From Escherichia phage vB_EcoM_KAW3E185: 64,000 bases of DNA. The stretch is from sequence record MK373782.1; one strand, 5' to 3'. The position numbers and the translations under genes are program-made. The notes below the pieces were generated by a model that saw nothing but the letters and a program-made list of their open reading frames with translations, made no database searches and was not told the DNA's origin. Below are positions 17,364-29,238 of the stretch, one piece after another. Within the stretch, counting starts at the first letter, position 1, and every line of letters begins with the position of its first letter.

Positions 17364-17879
17364 ATGGCACAAATACTTCCTTTAAATACCGACTTAGGAG
17401 AAGACATGGAAGGGGCGTCAATAGACGCCCTTTTTACTCCACAGTTAGAAACAACCGAAACTTTAGTGTCAATAAATATAACAGATTATGAACCGACACA
17501 AGGCATTACGGTAGATGGTAATCGTTTATATGGAACATATGAAAGTGTGTTTAGCTTTTCTTCGGACGCATTGAAATACCGATTAAATGATGATTTTGAA
17601 ACCGCATCTTCATGGGATGATTTACCAAAAGATGAGTCCACACAGTTATATTTGTGGAGAGCTCCTCAGAATCTTCGTAAAGTGTTTAGTTATACGGTTG
17701 AAATGATTTATAACTACCAAGAAGAAAGTTCATCAGGCGGTTCTAGAAGTGACTCTGGTACAGAACCTCCACCGGCTCCAGTACAAAAAACTCTTACTAA
17801 GGTTTATACAAAAACTATAGTAGGAAATTGGAGCAAATGGGCTCATCAATTACGAAACTATGTTTATGTGAGGCCGTGA
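17364..17879 (+). CDS. 5.1: gp5.1
   Basis: 171 aa; position after gene 5. Confidence 0.7.
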   Translation: MAQILPLNTDLGEDMEGASIDALFTPQLETTETLVSINITDYEPTQGITVDGNRLYGTYESVFSFSSDALKYRLNDDFETASSWDDLPKDESTQLYLWRAPQNLRKVFSYTVEMIYNYQEESSSGGSRSDSGTEPPPAPVQKTLTKVYTKTIVGNWSKWAHQLRNYVYVRP

Positions 17880-17881
17880 AA

Positions 17882-18175
17882 ATGTCTGGCTTAAGTTACG
17901 ACAAGTGCGTTACAACAGGTCATGAAGCATGGCCTCCTACTGTAATAAATGCTTCCCAATCTAAAGTGTTCACCGGCGGTATTCCTGTTCTTGTGGCAGG
18001 AGACCAAATAACACCTCATACAGAAATTAAAAAACCATACGAGACTCATGGAGGTGTTACTGAACCTCGTACATCTAAAGTATACGTCACCGGTAAAAAG
18101 GCCGTTCAAATGGCTGACCCAATTTCATGCGGGGATACTGTTTCTCAGGCCTCGTCAAAAGTCTTTATAAAATAG
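17882..18175 (+). CDS. 5.4: gp5.4 PAAR-like spike tip
   Basis: 97 aa from internal [12 protein letters not shown] with GAGG Shine-Dalgarno; Cys/His-rich. Confidence 0.75.
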   Translation: MSGLSYDKCVTTGHEAWPPTVINASQSKVFTGGIPVLVAGDQITPHTEIKKPYETHGGVTEPRTSKVYVTGKKAVQMADPISCGDTVSQASSKVFIK

Positions 18176-18183
18176 GAATTAAA

Positions 18184-20157
18184 ATGGCAAACACTCCTGT
18201 AAATTATCAATTAACCCGAACAGCGAATGCTATTCCCGAGATTTTTATCGGGGGCACATTTGCCGAAATCAAACAGAACATTATCGAATGGCTCAATGGA
18301 CAGAATGAATTTCTTGATTATGATTTTGAAGGTTCACGCTTAAACGTATTGTGCGACCTTTTAGCATATAACACTCTTTACATCCAACAGTTCAGTAATA
18401 GTGCAGTGTATGAAAGTTTTATGCGTACTGCAAACTTGCGTAGTTCTGTTGTACAAGCGGCTCAAGATAACGGATATCTGCCTTCATCTAAATCAGCAGC
18501 ACAAACAGAAATTATGCTCACATGTACAGATGCATTAAATAGAAACTATATCACCATTCCACGTGGCACTCGTTTCTTAGCATACGCTAAAGATACTTCT
18601 GTTAACCCGTATAACTTTGTTTCTACTGAAGATGTCATTGTAGTTAAAGACAAAAATAACCAATATTTTCCACGTCTTCGATTAGCTCAAGGACGTATTG
18701 TTCGCACTGAATTAACATTTGATAGATTAAAACCTATCATTATTCGTGATAAGAATATTGACCGTAATTTGGTTAAGTTGTATGTTGACGGAGCAGAATG
18801 GATTAACTGGACTCGTAAGTCGATGGTTCACGCTGGTTCTACGTCAACAATCTATTATATGCGTGAAACAGTTGATGGGAACACCGAATTTTATTTTGGT
18901 GAAGGCGAAATCTCTATTAACACGTCAGAAGGTGCGTTAACATCTAACTATATTGGTGGCCTTAAACCTGTTCAGGGTTCTAAAATCGTAATTGAGTATA
19001 TTTCTACTAATGGCGCAGATGCTAACGGTGCTGTAGGATTTTCTTATGCTGATACATTAGCTAATATCACGGTAATAGATATTAATGAGAACCCTAGCAA
19101 TAACCCAGACTTTGTTGGGGCCGACGGCGGTGGTGACCCTGAAGATATTGAACGTATCCGCGAATTAGGCACAATTAAACGCGAAACTCAACAACGTTGT
19201 GTAACCGCTTCCGACTATGACACATTCGTTTCTGAGCGGTTTGGTTCTATTATTCAGGCGGTTCAAACATTCACAGATTCATCTAAACCAGGGTACGCAT
19301 ATATTGCTGCTAAGCCTAAATCTGGATTGTATTTGACTTCTGTCCAACGTGATGATATCAAAAACTATTTGAATGATTATAACTTAGGGACTATTACACC
19401 TGTTGTTATTTCGCCTGATTATTTGTTTATCAAAATGAATATCAAAGTTACATACGCGTTGAATAAACTTCAAGAATCAGAGCAATATCTTGAAGGGCAA
19501 ATTATTAATAAAATTGACCGATATTATATTGAAGATGTAGAAATTTTTAACTCATCGTTTGCAAAATCTAAAATGCTAACTTATGTCGATGATGCAGATA
19601 TTTCTATTATTGGTTCTTCAGCTACTATTCAAATGGTTCGCGAAGTACAAAACTTCTATAAAACGCCTGAGGCCGGTATTAAATACAATAATCAGATTAA
19701 AGATAGATCGATGGAATCTAATATATTCTCGTTTGATTCGCACAGACCTAATCCAGAAAATGCAAACGAAACTATTAAATATGGTGTTCGCATAGTATCT
19801 TCTGACCGTAATGACCGTGGCATAGGTCAAGTTATTATTGGTCCATTTGCGGACGGTGATGTTGTTGAAAACGAAAATATACAACCTTATACAGGTAATG
19901 ATTTTAATAAACTTACTGTTACTGACGGACGAAACAAATACTATTCAATTGGTGAAGTGAATTATCCTGCCGATTCGATTTATTGGAACATTGCTAAAAT
20001 TGACCTCACTTCAGACCGTTTTGAAGTTCAAACAATTGAACTTTATTCCGACCCTGCAGATGATATTATTTTTACAAAGGATGGTTCTTTAATCGTATTC
20101 GAAAATGACTTACGTCCTCAGTACTTAACTATAGATTTGGAGCCTATTTCACAATGA
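18184..20157 (+). CDS. 6: gp6 baseplate wedge
   Basis: 657 aa from MANTPVNYQL; T4 order and size. Confidence 0.9.
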   Translation: MANTPVNYQLTRTANAIPEIFIGGTFAEIKQNIIEWLNGQNEFLDYDFEGSRLNVLCDLLAYNTLYIQQFSNSAVYESFMRTANLRSSVVQAAQDNGYLPSSKSAAQTEIMLTCTDALNRNYITIPRGTRFLAYAKDTSVNPYNFVSTEDVIVVKDKNNQYFPRLRLAQGRIVRTELTFDRLKPIIIRDKNIDRNLVKLYVDGAEWINWTRKSMVHAGSTSTIYYMRETVDGNTEFYFGEGEISINTSEGALTSNYIGGLKPVQGSKIVIEYISTNGADANGAVGFSYADTLANITVIDINENPSNNPDFVGADGGGDPEDIERIRELGTIKRETQQRCVTASDYDTFVSERFGSIIQAVQTFTDSSKPGYAYIAAKPKSGLYLTSVQRDDIKNYLNDYNLGTITPVVISPDYLFIKMNIKVTYALNKLQESEQYLEGQIINKIDRYYIEDVEIFNSSFAKSKMLTYVDDADISIIGSSATIQMVREVQNFYKTPEAGIKYNNQIKDRSMESNIFSFDSHRPNPENANETIKYGVRIVSSDRNDRGIGQVIIGPFADGDVVENENIQPYTGNDFNKLTVTDGRNKYYSIGEVNYPADSIYWNIAKIDLTSDRFEVQTIELYSDPADDIIFTKDGSLIVFENDLRPQYLTIDLEPISQ

Positions 20158-23100
20158 CAGTAAAAGCGCCAGCAGTCACAAGTCTCAGAATATCCAAGTT
20201 GTCCGCTAACCAAGTTCAAATACGCTGGGATGACGTTGGTGCTAATTTCTACTATTTCGTAGAAATCGCTGAGACTAAAACGGCAGACGGGGAAATAATT
20301 CCCCCTGCCAGCTACAGATGGATAAATTTAGGATATACTCCTAATAGCAACTGGTTCGAAAGTAGCTTAGACCCATTAACTTCTTATATTATTCGTGTAT
20401 CAACTGCCGCCGAAGGCTTCGAGAGATCTGATTGGGTATATACCGAAATATTTGAATCATTTCAGACTAACGCGTATACATTTCAACATATGATTGAAAT
20501 GCAATTGGCTAACACTTTTATTAGAGAAAAATTTACAAATAACAACATGTCTTATGTCGATTTTAATAACGACACTATAATGGCAGCTCTAATGAATGAA
20601 TCGTTCCAATTTAGCCCTGCTTATGCGGATATTTCATCTATTAAAAATTTCATTATTGGCGAAAATGAGTATCATGAAATTCAAGGTTCGATTCAACAGG
20701 TGTGTCATGATATAAACCGTGTTTATTTGATGGAATCCGAAGGAATTCTTTATTTGTTTGAACGATATCAGCCTGTGGTTAAAGTCTCTAATGATAAGGG
20801 ACAAACCTGGAAATCGGTTAAATTGTTTAATGACCGTGTAGGGTACCCTGTATCAAGAACAGTGTATTACCAGACAGGTTATACCACGTATGTTCTTGGG
20901 TATGATAAATTATTTTACGGCCGTAAATCAACTGACGTTCGTTGGTCTGCTGATGATGTGAGATTTAGTTCTCAAGATATAACATTTGCTAAAATTGGTG
21001 ACCAGTTAAATTTAGGATTTGATGTAGAAATATTTGGTAACTACGCATCATTACCTGCTAACGTATCACGTATTGCAGAAGCTATCGTTTGCAACGACGA
21101 TTATGTATACGTTGCTGCTCGAGATAAAGTTCGTTTTATTAAAACTAGTAATGCCCCTATTGATTCAGACCCGTTATCTCCGACATATTCCGAACGTTTG
21201 TTTGAACAAGAAACATTTAACATCACAGGTAACCCTAAGGCAGTTTGCTATAAAATGGATTCTGTTGGCGGTAAAATATTTGCACTGATTATCGGCGAAG
21301 TTGTTAATCTTAATGACGACCCGAGGACCACTCCTATTGTTGATTCTGCTGATAAGGGCGTTTACGTTCTAGACCATGATGCTGGCACATTTAAACGTGT
21401 GTTTGGTAATACTGAAGAAGAACGCCGTCGTATTGAACCTGGGTACACCAGTATGTCTACTGATGGTGTTGAGTTATCTATTTCATCTAGTAATTTTAAA
21501 TTTCTAGAATCGGATATTGTTGATGACCCAAAAACACAAATCAAGTACGGTTTAATCGGTGCTGTTAAATATGAGTATCCTCGCGAATGGTTGGCTGATA
21601 AACATTATCATATGATGGCATTTATTTCAACTGAAGACTCTCAATGGGAATCGTTCACTCCTCAACCGATGGAATACTATGCTGAGCCATTCTTTAGTTA
21701 TTCTAGAAAGTCCGGTACTCGATGTTGGATTAATAACTCAGACAAGGCTGTTGTAATTTATTCTGATTTACTTTACACTAAGGTTATTGAGAATCATCCA
21801 CTTAGTTCTTCAGACCGTGAAGTTCATGAATATTGGAAGGACGGTGACTGTACAATAGTGATGCCTAACGTAGATTTCACCGGATTTAAAAAATATGCAT
21901 CCGGCATGATTTTCTATAAATCATCAGGTGAGATTATTTCTTATTATGATTTTAGTTATCGTGTTAGAGATAATGTTTCTATAATTTGGAAGCCTACTAA
22001 TATATTCTTAACAGCATCGTTACAAAACCAAGAAAAAGATACCACATGGACTCCTGTAGAAGAGAATGGTATTGCAGACCCAGATTTACGACCATTGCTC
22101 ACTACAATGATGCCGGAGTCTTATCTTTTAGATAATACAAACTTCGAAGCATTCTGCGAGGCTTATATTCAGTATCTTTCTGACGGTTATGGGACCCATT
22201 ATAACAACCTTTTGAATCTTATTAAAAATCAATATCCGCGCGAAGAACATGCGTGGGAATACTTATGGTCTGAGATTTATAAACGAAACATTTACTTAAA
22301 CGCCGAAAAACGCGATTTAGTGTCTCGTTTCTTTGAATCAAGAAGTTATGACTTCTATTCAACTAAAGGAACTGAAGCGTCATATAAATTCTTGTTTAAA
22401 GTGCTTTATAACGAAGATGTTGAAATTGAAATTGAATCTAGTTCCGGGACAGAATATGATATCATCATTGAATCTGATTCGTTGACAGAAGATTTGGTCG
22501 GACAAACCATATACACCGCTACAGGACGTTGTAATGTGACGTATATCGAGAGAAGTTACTCTAAAGGTAAATTACAATGGACTGTAACAATTCACAACCT
22601 CTTAGGTCGTTTAATCCAAGGACAGGAAGTTAAAGCTGAAAGACTCCCTGGGTTTGAAGGTGAAATTGTTCGTGGTATTAAAGGTAAAGAGCTTTCTCAG
22701 AACAACATCGATTACATAAATCGTGGTAGAGCATACTACGTAATGAAGATTAAATCTAAACTTCCATCATCTCGTTGGAAATCAGACGTATTACGTTTTG
22801 TTCATCCGGTTGGATTTGGATTTATCGCAATTACCCTTCTCACAATGTTTATTAACACCGGATTAACACTTAAACATGTTGAAACCATTATTAATAAATA
22901 TAAAAACTATAAGTGGGATTCTGGATTACCGACTAAATATGCAGACCGAGTGGCTAAATTAGACCCACAAGGAAATGTTGAGTTTGACCCTATTACAGAT
23001 AAAGCGATATATGAAATAGGCCCTATGGCTGGTCAAGATTATCCATTGCCTGAAGATTATAACGCTGAAAACAATAACTCCATATTTCAAGGTCAACTTC

Positions 23101-23252
23101 CATCGGAACGACGTAAACTGATGAGCCCATTATTTGATGCGTCCGGAACAACATTCTCTAGATTTAGAGATTTGGTTGAACAACGGTTAATCGATAATGT
23201 AGGAAATCCAAGAGACCCCGTGAATCCACCACAGGTTAAATTAGATGAATGA
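20154..23252 (+). CDS. 7: gp7 baseplate wedge
   Basis: 1032 aa, same length as T4 gp7. Confidence 0.9.
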   Translation: MTVKAPAVTSLRISKLSANQVQIRWDDVGANFYYFVEIAETKTADGEIIPPASYRWINLGYTPNSNWFESSLDPLTSYIIRVSTAAEGFERSDWVYTEIFESFQTNAYTFQHMIEMQLANTFIREKFTNNNMSYVDFNNDTIMAALMNESFQFSPAYADISSIKNFIIGENEYHEIQGSIQQVCHDINRVYLMESEGILYLFERYQPVVKVSNDKGQTWKSVKLFNDRVGYPVSRTVYYQTGYTTYVLGYDKLFYGRKSTDVRWSADDVRFSSQDITFAKIGDQLNLGFDVEIFGNYASLPANVSRIAEAIVCNDDYVYVAARDKVRFIKTSNAPIDSDPLSPTYSERLFEQETFNITGNPKAVCYKMDSVGGKIFALIIGEVVNLNDDPRTTPIVDSADKGVYVLDHDAGTFKRVFGNTEEERRRIEPGYTSMSTDGVELSISSSNFKFLESDIVDDPKTQIKYGLIGAVKYEYPREWLADKHYHMMAFISTEDSQWESFTPQPMEYYAEPFFSYSRKSGTRCWINNSDKAVVIYSDLLYTKVIENHPLSSSDREVHEYWKDGDCTIVMPNVDFTGFKKYASGMIFYKSSGEIISYYDFSYRVRDNVSIIWKPTNIFLTASLQNQEKDTTWTPVEENGIADPDLRPLLTTMMPESYLLDNTNFEAFCEAYIQYLSDGYGTHYNNLLNLIKNQYPREEHAWEYLWSEIYKRNIYLNAEKRDLVSRFFESRSYDFYSTKGTEASYKFLFKVLYNEDVEIEIESSSGTEYDIIIESDSLTEDLVGQTIYTATGRCNVTYIERSYSKGKLQWTVTIHNLLGRLIQGQEVKAERLPGFEGEIVRGIKGKELSQNNIDYINRGRAYYVMKIKSKLPSSRWKSDVLRFVHPVGFGFIAITLLTMFINTGLTLKHVETIINKYKNYKWDSGLPTKYADRVAKLDPQGNVEFDPITDKAIYEIGPMAGQDYPLPEDYNAENNNSIFQGQLPSERRKLMSPLFDASGTTFSRFRDLVEQRLIDNVGNPRDPVNPPQVKLDE

Positions 23253-24249
23253 TTCAAGTGTTATCTATCGTGCAATAGTTACATCAAAATTTAGAACAGA
23301 GAAAATGCTGAATTTTTATAATTCAGTTGGGGATGGAGACGATAAGAACTCCATTTATATTACGTTTGGACGTTCAGAGCCTTGGGCGTCAAATGAAAAT
23401 GAGGTGGGCTTCGCCCCACCTTATCCTACAGATTCTGTTCTTGGTGTTACTGATATGTGGACCCATATGATGGGTACCGTTAAAGTTTTACCTTCAATGT
23501 TAGATTCTGTTATTCCTAGACGTGATTGGGGAGATGTGAGATATCCAGACCCTTACACGTTTAGAATTAACGATATAGTCGCATGTAATACTGCTCCGTA
23601 CAACGCGACAGAAGTTGGAGCTGGTTGGTTAATTTACCGTTGTTTAGATGTCCCTGACGTAGGGCTCTGTTCAATAGAATCTTTAGATAATAAAGATGAA
23701 TGTCTTAAATTGGGTGGTAAATGGACTCCGTCTGTTCGTTCTATGTCTCCTCCTGAAGGCAGAGGCGATGCTAATGGGATTATCGAAACCGGTGATGGAT
23801 ATATTTGGGAATATCTTTATGAGATTCCTGCCGATGTGTCAATTAACCGTTGCACTAACGAATATCTTGTAGTTCCATGGCCGGAAGAAATTAAAGAAGA
23901 CCCCACCCGTTGGGGATATGAAAATAACTTAACTTGGCAACAAGATGACTACGGTTTGATTTACCGTGTTAAAGCTAATACGATGCGGTTTAAAGCATAT
24001 TTTGATTCTGTTTATTTCCCTGAGGCAGCTTTGCCTGGTAACAAGGGTTTTAGACAGATATCAATTATCGCAAACCCGTTAGAAGCTAAGAAAAATCCAA
24101 ATGACCCTAATGTTAAAGCAGAAAAGGATTATTACGACCCTAGAGACCTGCAACGTCATTCTGGTGAAATGATTTATATGGAAAACCGCCCACCTGTTAT
24201 TATGGCAATGGACCAAACAGAAGAAATTAACATTTTGTTTATGTTTTAA
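23245..24249 (+). CDS. 8: gp8 baseplate wedge
   Basis: 334 aa, same as T4 gp8. Confidence 0.9.
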   Translation: MNDSSVIYRAIVTSKFRTEKMLNFYNSVGDGDDKNSIYITFGRSEPWASNENEVGFAPPYPTDSVLGVTDMWTHMMGTVKVLPSMLDSVIPRRDWGDVRYPDPYTFRINDIVACNTAPYNATEVGAGWLIYRCLDVPDVGLCSIESLDNKDECLKLGGKWTPSVRSMSPPEGRGDANGIIETGDGYIWEYLYEIPADVSINRCTNEYLVVPWPEEIKEDPTRWGYENNLTWQQDDYGLIYRVKANTMRFKAYFDSVYFPEAALPGNKGFRQISIIANPLEAKKNPNDPNVKAEKDYYDPRDLQRHSGEMIYMENRPPVIMAMDQTEEINILFMF

Positions 24250-24252
24250 TTA

Positions 24253-24278
24253 GGGAGCCTTCGGGCTCCCATTTTTGT
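24253..24278 (+). terminator. Intrinsic terminator after gene 8
   Basis: GGGAGCC-TTCG-GGCTCCC followed by ATTTTTGT. Confidence 0.7.
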
Positions 24279-24281
24279 ATC

Positions 24282-24289
24282 TATAAATA
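24282..24289 (+). promoter_or_regulatory. Late promoter TATAAATA (gene 9)
   Basis: Exact TATAAATA ~33 nt upstream of gene 9. Confidence 0.7.
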
Positions 24290-24321
24290 GAATATAATAT
24301 CGGACAACAAAAGGCAGAATT

Positions 24322-25194
24322 ATGGCATTTTTTAAGCAAACTCCTAAACAATTAATCGATACCGGCGAAATTGGTAATGCCTCAACAGGTGATATCTTAT
24401 TCGACGGTGGTAATAAAATAAATGACGATATCAACGCTATTTACAATGCATTTGGCGATCAACGTAAAATGGCCGTAGCAGATGGAACCGGACCTACAGG
24501 TCAAACTATTCATGCCACAGGTTATTATCAAAAAGGAAAGGCGATCGATTATCAAACTCCTATTAAACCCGGCACCATGCATGATATTGATGCTTCTGAT
24601 GGCGGTGTGATTGTTATTATTGACCGTCCTGAATTAGGTGATTCTGTAGAATTCATAAACTCTAATGGGTCTATTTCTGTTAACAATCCTTTAAGTATCC
24701 AAGTAACCGATGGTTCAATTAAAGGTGTTCTTAATAATCTTGTTATTTCCACCCCTTATACCCATGTTGTTCTTCGTTGTGTTGAACTTAACGGGCCAAC
24801 TTCAGTATGGAATTATTCTACTGATAGCATGTTTGGGCAGAAAGAATCTCCTGTCGATGGGACTTGGAGTCTTACAGGAAACTCAGTTTCTATTCCTCTG
24901 TTTTATCGCACAGATTATAACATGGCTAAATTGCTTGTTACATGCCAATCCGCCGACGGTAGAAAAATAAAAACATGCGAAATAAATATTCTAATAGATA
25001 CAATTAACTCAGAAGTTCTTTCTACCGAATTTGCAGTAATGCGAGTTGGTAATGTAGATGAAACCGACGAGATTGCTAATATTAGCTTTAGTATTATTAA
25101 CAACTTTGCTACTATGACGATTACATCCGATATTATTGGATTACGTTCAGCAGTTAAAATTATCTCAACTCAGAAAATTGGGGTCGCTCAATAA
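24322..25194 (+). CDS. 9: gp9 baseplate / long tail fibre socket
   Basis: 290 aa; T4 order. Confidence 0.9.
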   Translation: MAFFKQTPKQLIDTGEIGNASTGDILFDGGNKINDDINAIYNAFGDQRKMAVADGTGPTGQTIHATGYYQKGKAIDYQTPIKPGTMHDIDASDGGVIVIIDRPELGDSVEFINSNGSISVNNPLSIQVTDGSIKGVLNNLVISTPYTHVVLRCVELNGPTSVWNYSTDSMFGQKESPVDGTWSLTGNSVSIPLFYRTDYNMAKLLVTCQSADGRKIKTCEINILIDTINSEVLSTEFAVMRVGNVDETDEIANISFSIINNFATMTITSDIIGLRSAVKIISTQKIGVAQ

Positions 25195-26999
25195 TGAAAC
25201 AAAATATTAAAATTGGTAACGTCGTTGATGACGGACAAGGCGATTACCTTCGTCGAGGTGGTGAAAAAATAAATGAGAACTTTGACGAAATCTATTATGA
25301 ATTAGGTGATGGTGAAGTTCCTTATGCCGCTGGCGCATGGAAGACTTATGATGCGGCTGATGGTCTTAATCTTAAGGCTGCTTGGGGTAAATCTTATGCA
25401 ATTAATACTACTTCTGGACGAGTTTCGGTAAATCTTCCTAAAGGGACAATTGCAGACTATAATAAAGTTATTCGTGCTCGTGACGTATTTGCAACTTGGA
25501 ACATTAACCCTGTTACTTTAATTCCGGCAAACGGGGACACGATTAAAGGTTCTTCATCTCCGGTAGAAATTAACGTTCAGTTCTCTGATTTAGAATTAGT
25601 TTATTGTGCTCCTGGACGTTGGGAATACATCAAGAACAAACAAATTGATAAAATAGTTAGCTCTGACATTAGTAATGTTGCTCGTAGAGAATATCTGGTT
25701 GAAACCCAAGGTCAGACCGATTTCATGGATGTTTTTAACGGGACCTCTTATAACGTTAACAACATTCGCGTAAAACATCGTGGCAACGAATTGTATTATG
25801 GTGATGTATTCAGTGATAATAGTGATTTTGGTTCTCCAGGCGCTAATCCTGGTGAACTGGTTGCACTTGATGGATTTAATATTAGATTACGCCAACCATG
25901 TAATGTTGGGGACACTGTACAAATTGAGACATTCCTAGACGGTGTTTCTCAGTGGCGTAGTTCATATACTCGTCGCCAAGTTCGCATTTTAGATAGTAAA
26001 TTAACTGCTAAAAAGTCTATTGATGGAAGTATTTACGTTACTGATTTGAGTACATTCAGGTCTATTCCATTTACAGCATTTGGTATTAATCCTACAGAAC
26101 CACCTAACCCGAATTCATTAGAAGTTCGCTTCAATGGTATTCTCCAAGAATTAGCTGGTACTGTTGGAACTCCTATTTTCCGTTGTGAAGGTGTGGATGC
26201 TGATTCTGAAGAGTCATGCGCTAATCTCGGTGGGACATGGACTCAATCGTATACAGATTATGCGATTGAATATACTGATAATATCCCTAGCGCAATTCTG
26301 TTTGACCGTCAATTTGAAGACCAAGACATTATTACCATCACATGGTTTAATAACGATTTAGGAACTCTTCTTGAAATGGAAGAAATTCTTGATGTCGCTG
26401 ATGAGAAATATGTTTCTCAAGGGTCTAACATTGAAATTACTGGTGACGTTGCATTAACCGATTTCGATAAAATTGGATGGCCTAATGTAGAACCTGTTCC
26501 TAAGTATGAACGTGAATTCTCGACTATCTCAGCAATATTTGATACAATTTATCCTGTCGGGACTATTTACGAAAATGCGGTTAACCCTAATAATCCGGCC
26601 ACTTATTTAGGTTTTGGTTCATGGAAAATTTGGGGACAAGGCAAAGTATTAGCAGGTTGGAATGACGACGCGTCGGATCCTAATTTTGCATTAAATAATA
26701 ATGACCTTGACGTCAATGGTAACCCTACTCATACTGCAGGTGGTACCGTTGGTGTAACAACCATCACATTAGAAAATGCTGATTTACCAGCTACACAAAC
26801 CGATGAAAAGGTTCTTATTTCTGATGATAATGGTACAGTAATTATAGGCGGTTGCCAATACGACCCGGATGAAGAAGGTCCTATTTACACTAAATATCGT
26901 GAAGACCATGCAAAGACTAATGAATCTCATGTTCCAGCGCGTTCTATAACTAATATTCAGCCATCTATAACTGTATACCGTTGGGTAAGGATTGCATAA
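25194..26999 (+). CDS. 10: gp10 baseplate wedge / short-fibre attachment
   Basis: 601 aa; T4 order. Confidence 0.9.
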   Translation: MKQNIKIGNVVDDGQGDYLRRGGEKINENFDEIYYELGDGEVPYAAGAWKTYDAADGLNLKAAWGKSYAINTTSGRVSVNLPKGTIADYNKVIRARDVFATWNINPVTLIPANGDTIKGSSSPVEINVQFSDLELVYCAPGRWEYIKNKQIDKIVSSDISNVARREYLVETQGQTDFMDVFNGTSYNVNNIRVKHRGNELYYGDVFSDNSDFGSPGANPGELVALDGFNIRLRQPCNVGDTVQIETFLDGVSQWRSSYTRRQVRILDSKLTAKKSIDGSIYVTDLSTFRSIPFTAFGINPTEPPNPNSLEVRFNGILQELAGTVGTPIFRCEGVDADSEESCANLGGTWTQSYTDYAIEYTDNIPSAILFDRQFEDQDIITITWFNNDLGTLLEMEEILDVADEKYVSQGSNIEITGDVALTDFDKIGWPNVEPVPKYEREFSTISAIFDTIYPVGTIYENAVNPNNPATYLGFGSWKIWGQGKVLAGWNDDASDPNFALNNNDLDVNGNPTHTAGGTVGVTTITLENADLPATQTDEKVLISDDNGTVIIGGCQYDPDEEGPIYTKYREDHAKTNESHVPARSITNIQPSITVYRWVRIA

Positions 27000-27658
27000 T
27001 GACTGTACTTAATACAAAGGCGGGAGTTATTTCCCGCCATGCTGATTTTTTGAATTACAGAAAAAATCCAGCTCAAATTGATGTTTTAAACAACCAAGCT
27101 GTAGGTTCCGTGACTATTTCTCAGTTAGCTCGCGGTTTTTATGATGCTAACGTAGAATCTGCAATAAATGATGTCCATAATATGGCACGAGCTGATATTG
27201 GTACTGTTGTCACAAACACTTCAGGCATATCGCCTGAAGGTACAGCACAAGTTGATTATTGGACTTTTTCTGGTGATGTTCTCGACGATACTTTGGCCCC
27301 TGGAACGCCGGTCGTTATTAACGTATTTGGACTTGCTGTTAAAGCAACAATTGGTATGACTGATAACGAATTAACGGCACAAGTTCGTATAGCTTTACAA
27401 GAAGCCATTGCTAATCAAATCGCTATTTCTTCTTATAAAGACCATCCGTCTGAAGGTAATAAACTTCAGGTGACATATTTAGATAACCAACGTCATGTGT
27501 TGCCAACATATGCTTCGTTTGGTGTAACAATTTCGCAAGAAATTTTGTCTGAAGCAAAATCCGGATACGGAACATGGAATTTATTGGGTGCCCAAACGGT
27601 TACTCTTGATAACCATGATACTCCTACCGTTTTCTACCACTTTGTGAGAGCCTCATGA
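26999..27658 (+). CDS. 11: gp11 baseplate wedge
   Basis: 219 aa from internal ATG (TAATG overlap with gene 10). Confidence 0.9.
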   Translation: MTVLNTKAGVISRHADFLNYRKNPAQIDVLNNQAVGSVTISQLARGFYDANVESAINDVHNMARADIGTVVTNTSGISPEGTAQVDYWTFSGDVLDDTLAPGTPVVINVFGLAVKATIGMTDNELTAQVRIALQEAIANQIAISSYKDHPSEGNKLQVTYLDNQRHVLPTYASFGVTISQEILSEAKSGYGTWNLLGAQTVTLDNHDTPTVFYHFVRAS

Positions 27659-29238
27659 GTAATAACAATACATACCAACACGTTTCAAATGAATCTATTT
27701 ACGTTGAATTCGACCCTACGGGGTCGAATTTTCCAGACACAGTCACTAATGTCCAAGCCGCATTAGCTGCCATTTCTCCTTCAGGTGTTAATGGCGTACC
27801 GGAAGCAACAACTACTACACCTGGAATTATTCAAATAGCTACTCCACAAGAAGTTATTGATGGATTAGATAATAGTAAAGCTGTTACTCCGGCAACACTG
27901 AATGCTCGTCTACAATATCCTAATGCAACCGAAACTCAATATGGCTTAACTCGTTATGCTACTGAAGATGAAGCAGTAACAGGAACTATTGACGATGCAT
28001 CAATTACTCCGCTTAAATTGAATCAAAAAATAGACAATGTATTTCAGACAAAAGTGTCAACAGAAGCAACAAATGGTGTAATTAAAATTTCAACTTCTGC
28101 TGCGGCATTAGCTGGTTCTGACGATACAACGGCAATGACCCCGTTAAAAACACAACAATTAGCAATTAAACTTATTTCACAAATTGCTCCAAATAATGGT
28201 GACGCCACCGAATCTATTACCGGTGTTGTTCGTTTGGCTACAGTTGCTCAAGCACAACAAGGCACCCTGCGTGAAGGCTATGCAATTTCACCTTATACCT
28301 TTATGAATTCAGTAGCATCAGAAACTAATAAAGGTGTCGTTAAACTAGGGACACAGACTGAAGTAAATAGTAACAACTCTTCGGTTGTAGTGACCGGCGC
28401 AACATTAAACGGGCGTGGTGCTACAACTTCTTTACGTGGAGTTGTTCGTTTAACTACACAAGCGGGTAGCCAATCAGGTGGTGATGGTTCTTCTGCCCTT
28501 GCTTGGAATGCTGATGTTATCCACCAACGAGGCGGACAAACTATTAATGGCACACTTCGCATTAATAATACGTTGACGGTTGGTTCTGGTGGCGCTAATA
28601 TAACGGGTAATGTCAATATGACCGGCGGTTATATTCAAGGCAATCGTATTGTGACTCAAAATGAATTAGACCGAATTCTTCCAGTTGGCGCTATTACAAT
28701 GTGGGCTGCAGATAGTTTACCGAGTTCTGACTGGCGCTTCTGCCACGGTGGGACCGTTTCTGCTTCAGAATGTCCGGTATATGCTTCCAGAATTGGGACA
28801 CGATATGGTGGTAGTTCTTCTAACCCAGGCTTGCCTGATATGCGTGGATTATTTGTTCGCGGCTCAGGTCGTGGTAACCATTTAACTAACCCTAATGTTA
28901 ATGGTAATGACCAATTCGGTAAGCCTCGTCTGGCGGTAGGTTGTACCGGTGGATATGTCGGTGAAGTGCAAAAACAACAGATGTCGTATCATAAGCATGC
29001 TGGTGGTTTTGGCGAACATGACGATTCCGGTGCATTTGGTAATACTCGTCGTTCAAACTTTGTTGGTACTCGTAAAGGACTTGACTGGGATAACCGTTCA
29101 TATTTTACTAACGAAGGATATGAAATTGATCCAGCGTCTCAGCGTAACTCTAAATATACCATGAATCGCCCAGAATTAATTGGAAATGAAACTCGTCCAT
29201 GGAATATTTCTTTAAACTATATCATTAAGGTAAAATAA
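27655..29238 (+). CDS. 12: gp12 short tail fibre
   Basis: 527 aa, same as T4 gp12. Confidence 0.9.
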   Translation: MSNNNTYQHVSNESIYVEFDPTGSNFPDTVTNVQAALAAISPSGVNGVPEATTTTPGIIQIATPQEVIDGLDNSKAVTPATLNARLQYPNATETQYGLTRYATEDEAVTGTIDDASITPLKLNQKIDNVFQTKVSTEATNGVIKISTSAAALAGSDDTTAMTPLKTQQLAIKLISQIAPNNGDATESITGVVRLATVAQAQQGTLREGYAISPYTFMNSVASETNKGVVKLGTQTEVNSNNSSVVVTGATLNGRGATTSLRGVVRLTTQAGSQSGGDGSSALAWNADVIHQRGGQTINGTLRINNTLTVGSGGANITGNVNMTGGYIQGNRIVTQNELDRILPVGAITMWAADSLPSSDWRFCHGGTVSASECPVYASRIGTRYGGSSSNPGLPDMRGLFVRGSGRGNHLTNPNVNGNDQFGKPRLAVGCTGGYVGEVQKQQMSYHKHAGGFGEHDDSGAFGNTRRSNFVGTRKGLDWDNRSYFTNEGYEIDPASQRNSKYTMNRPELIGNETRPWNISLNYIIKVK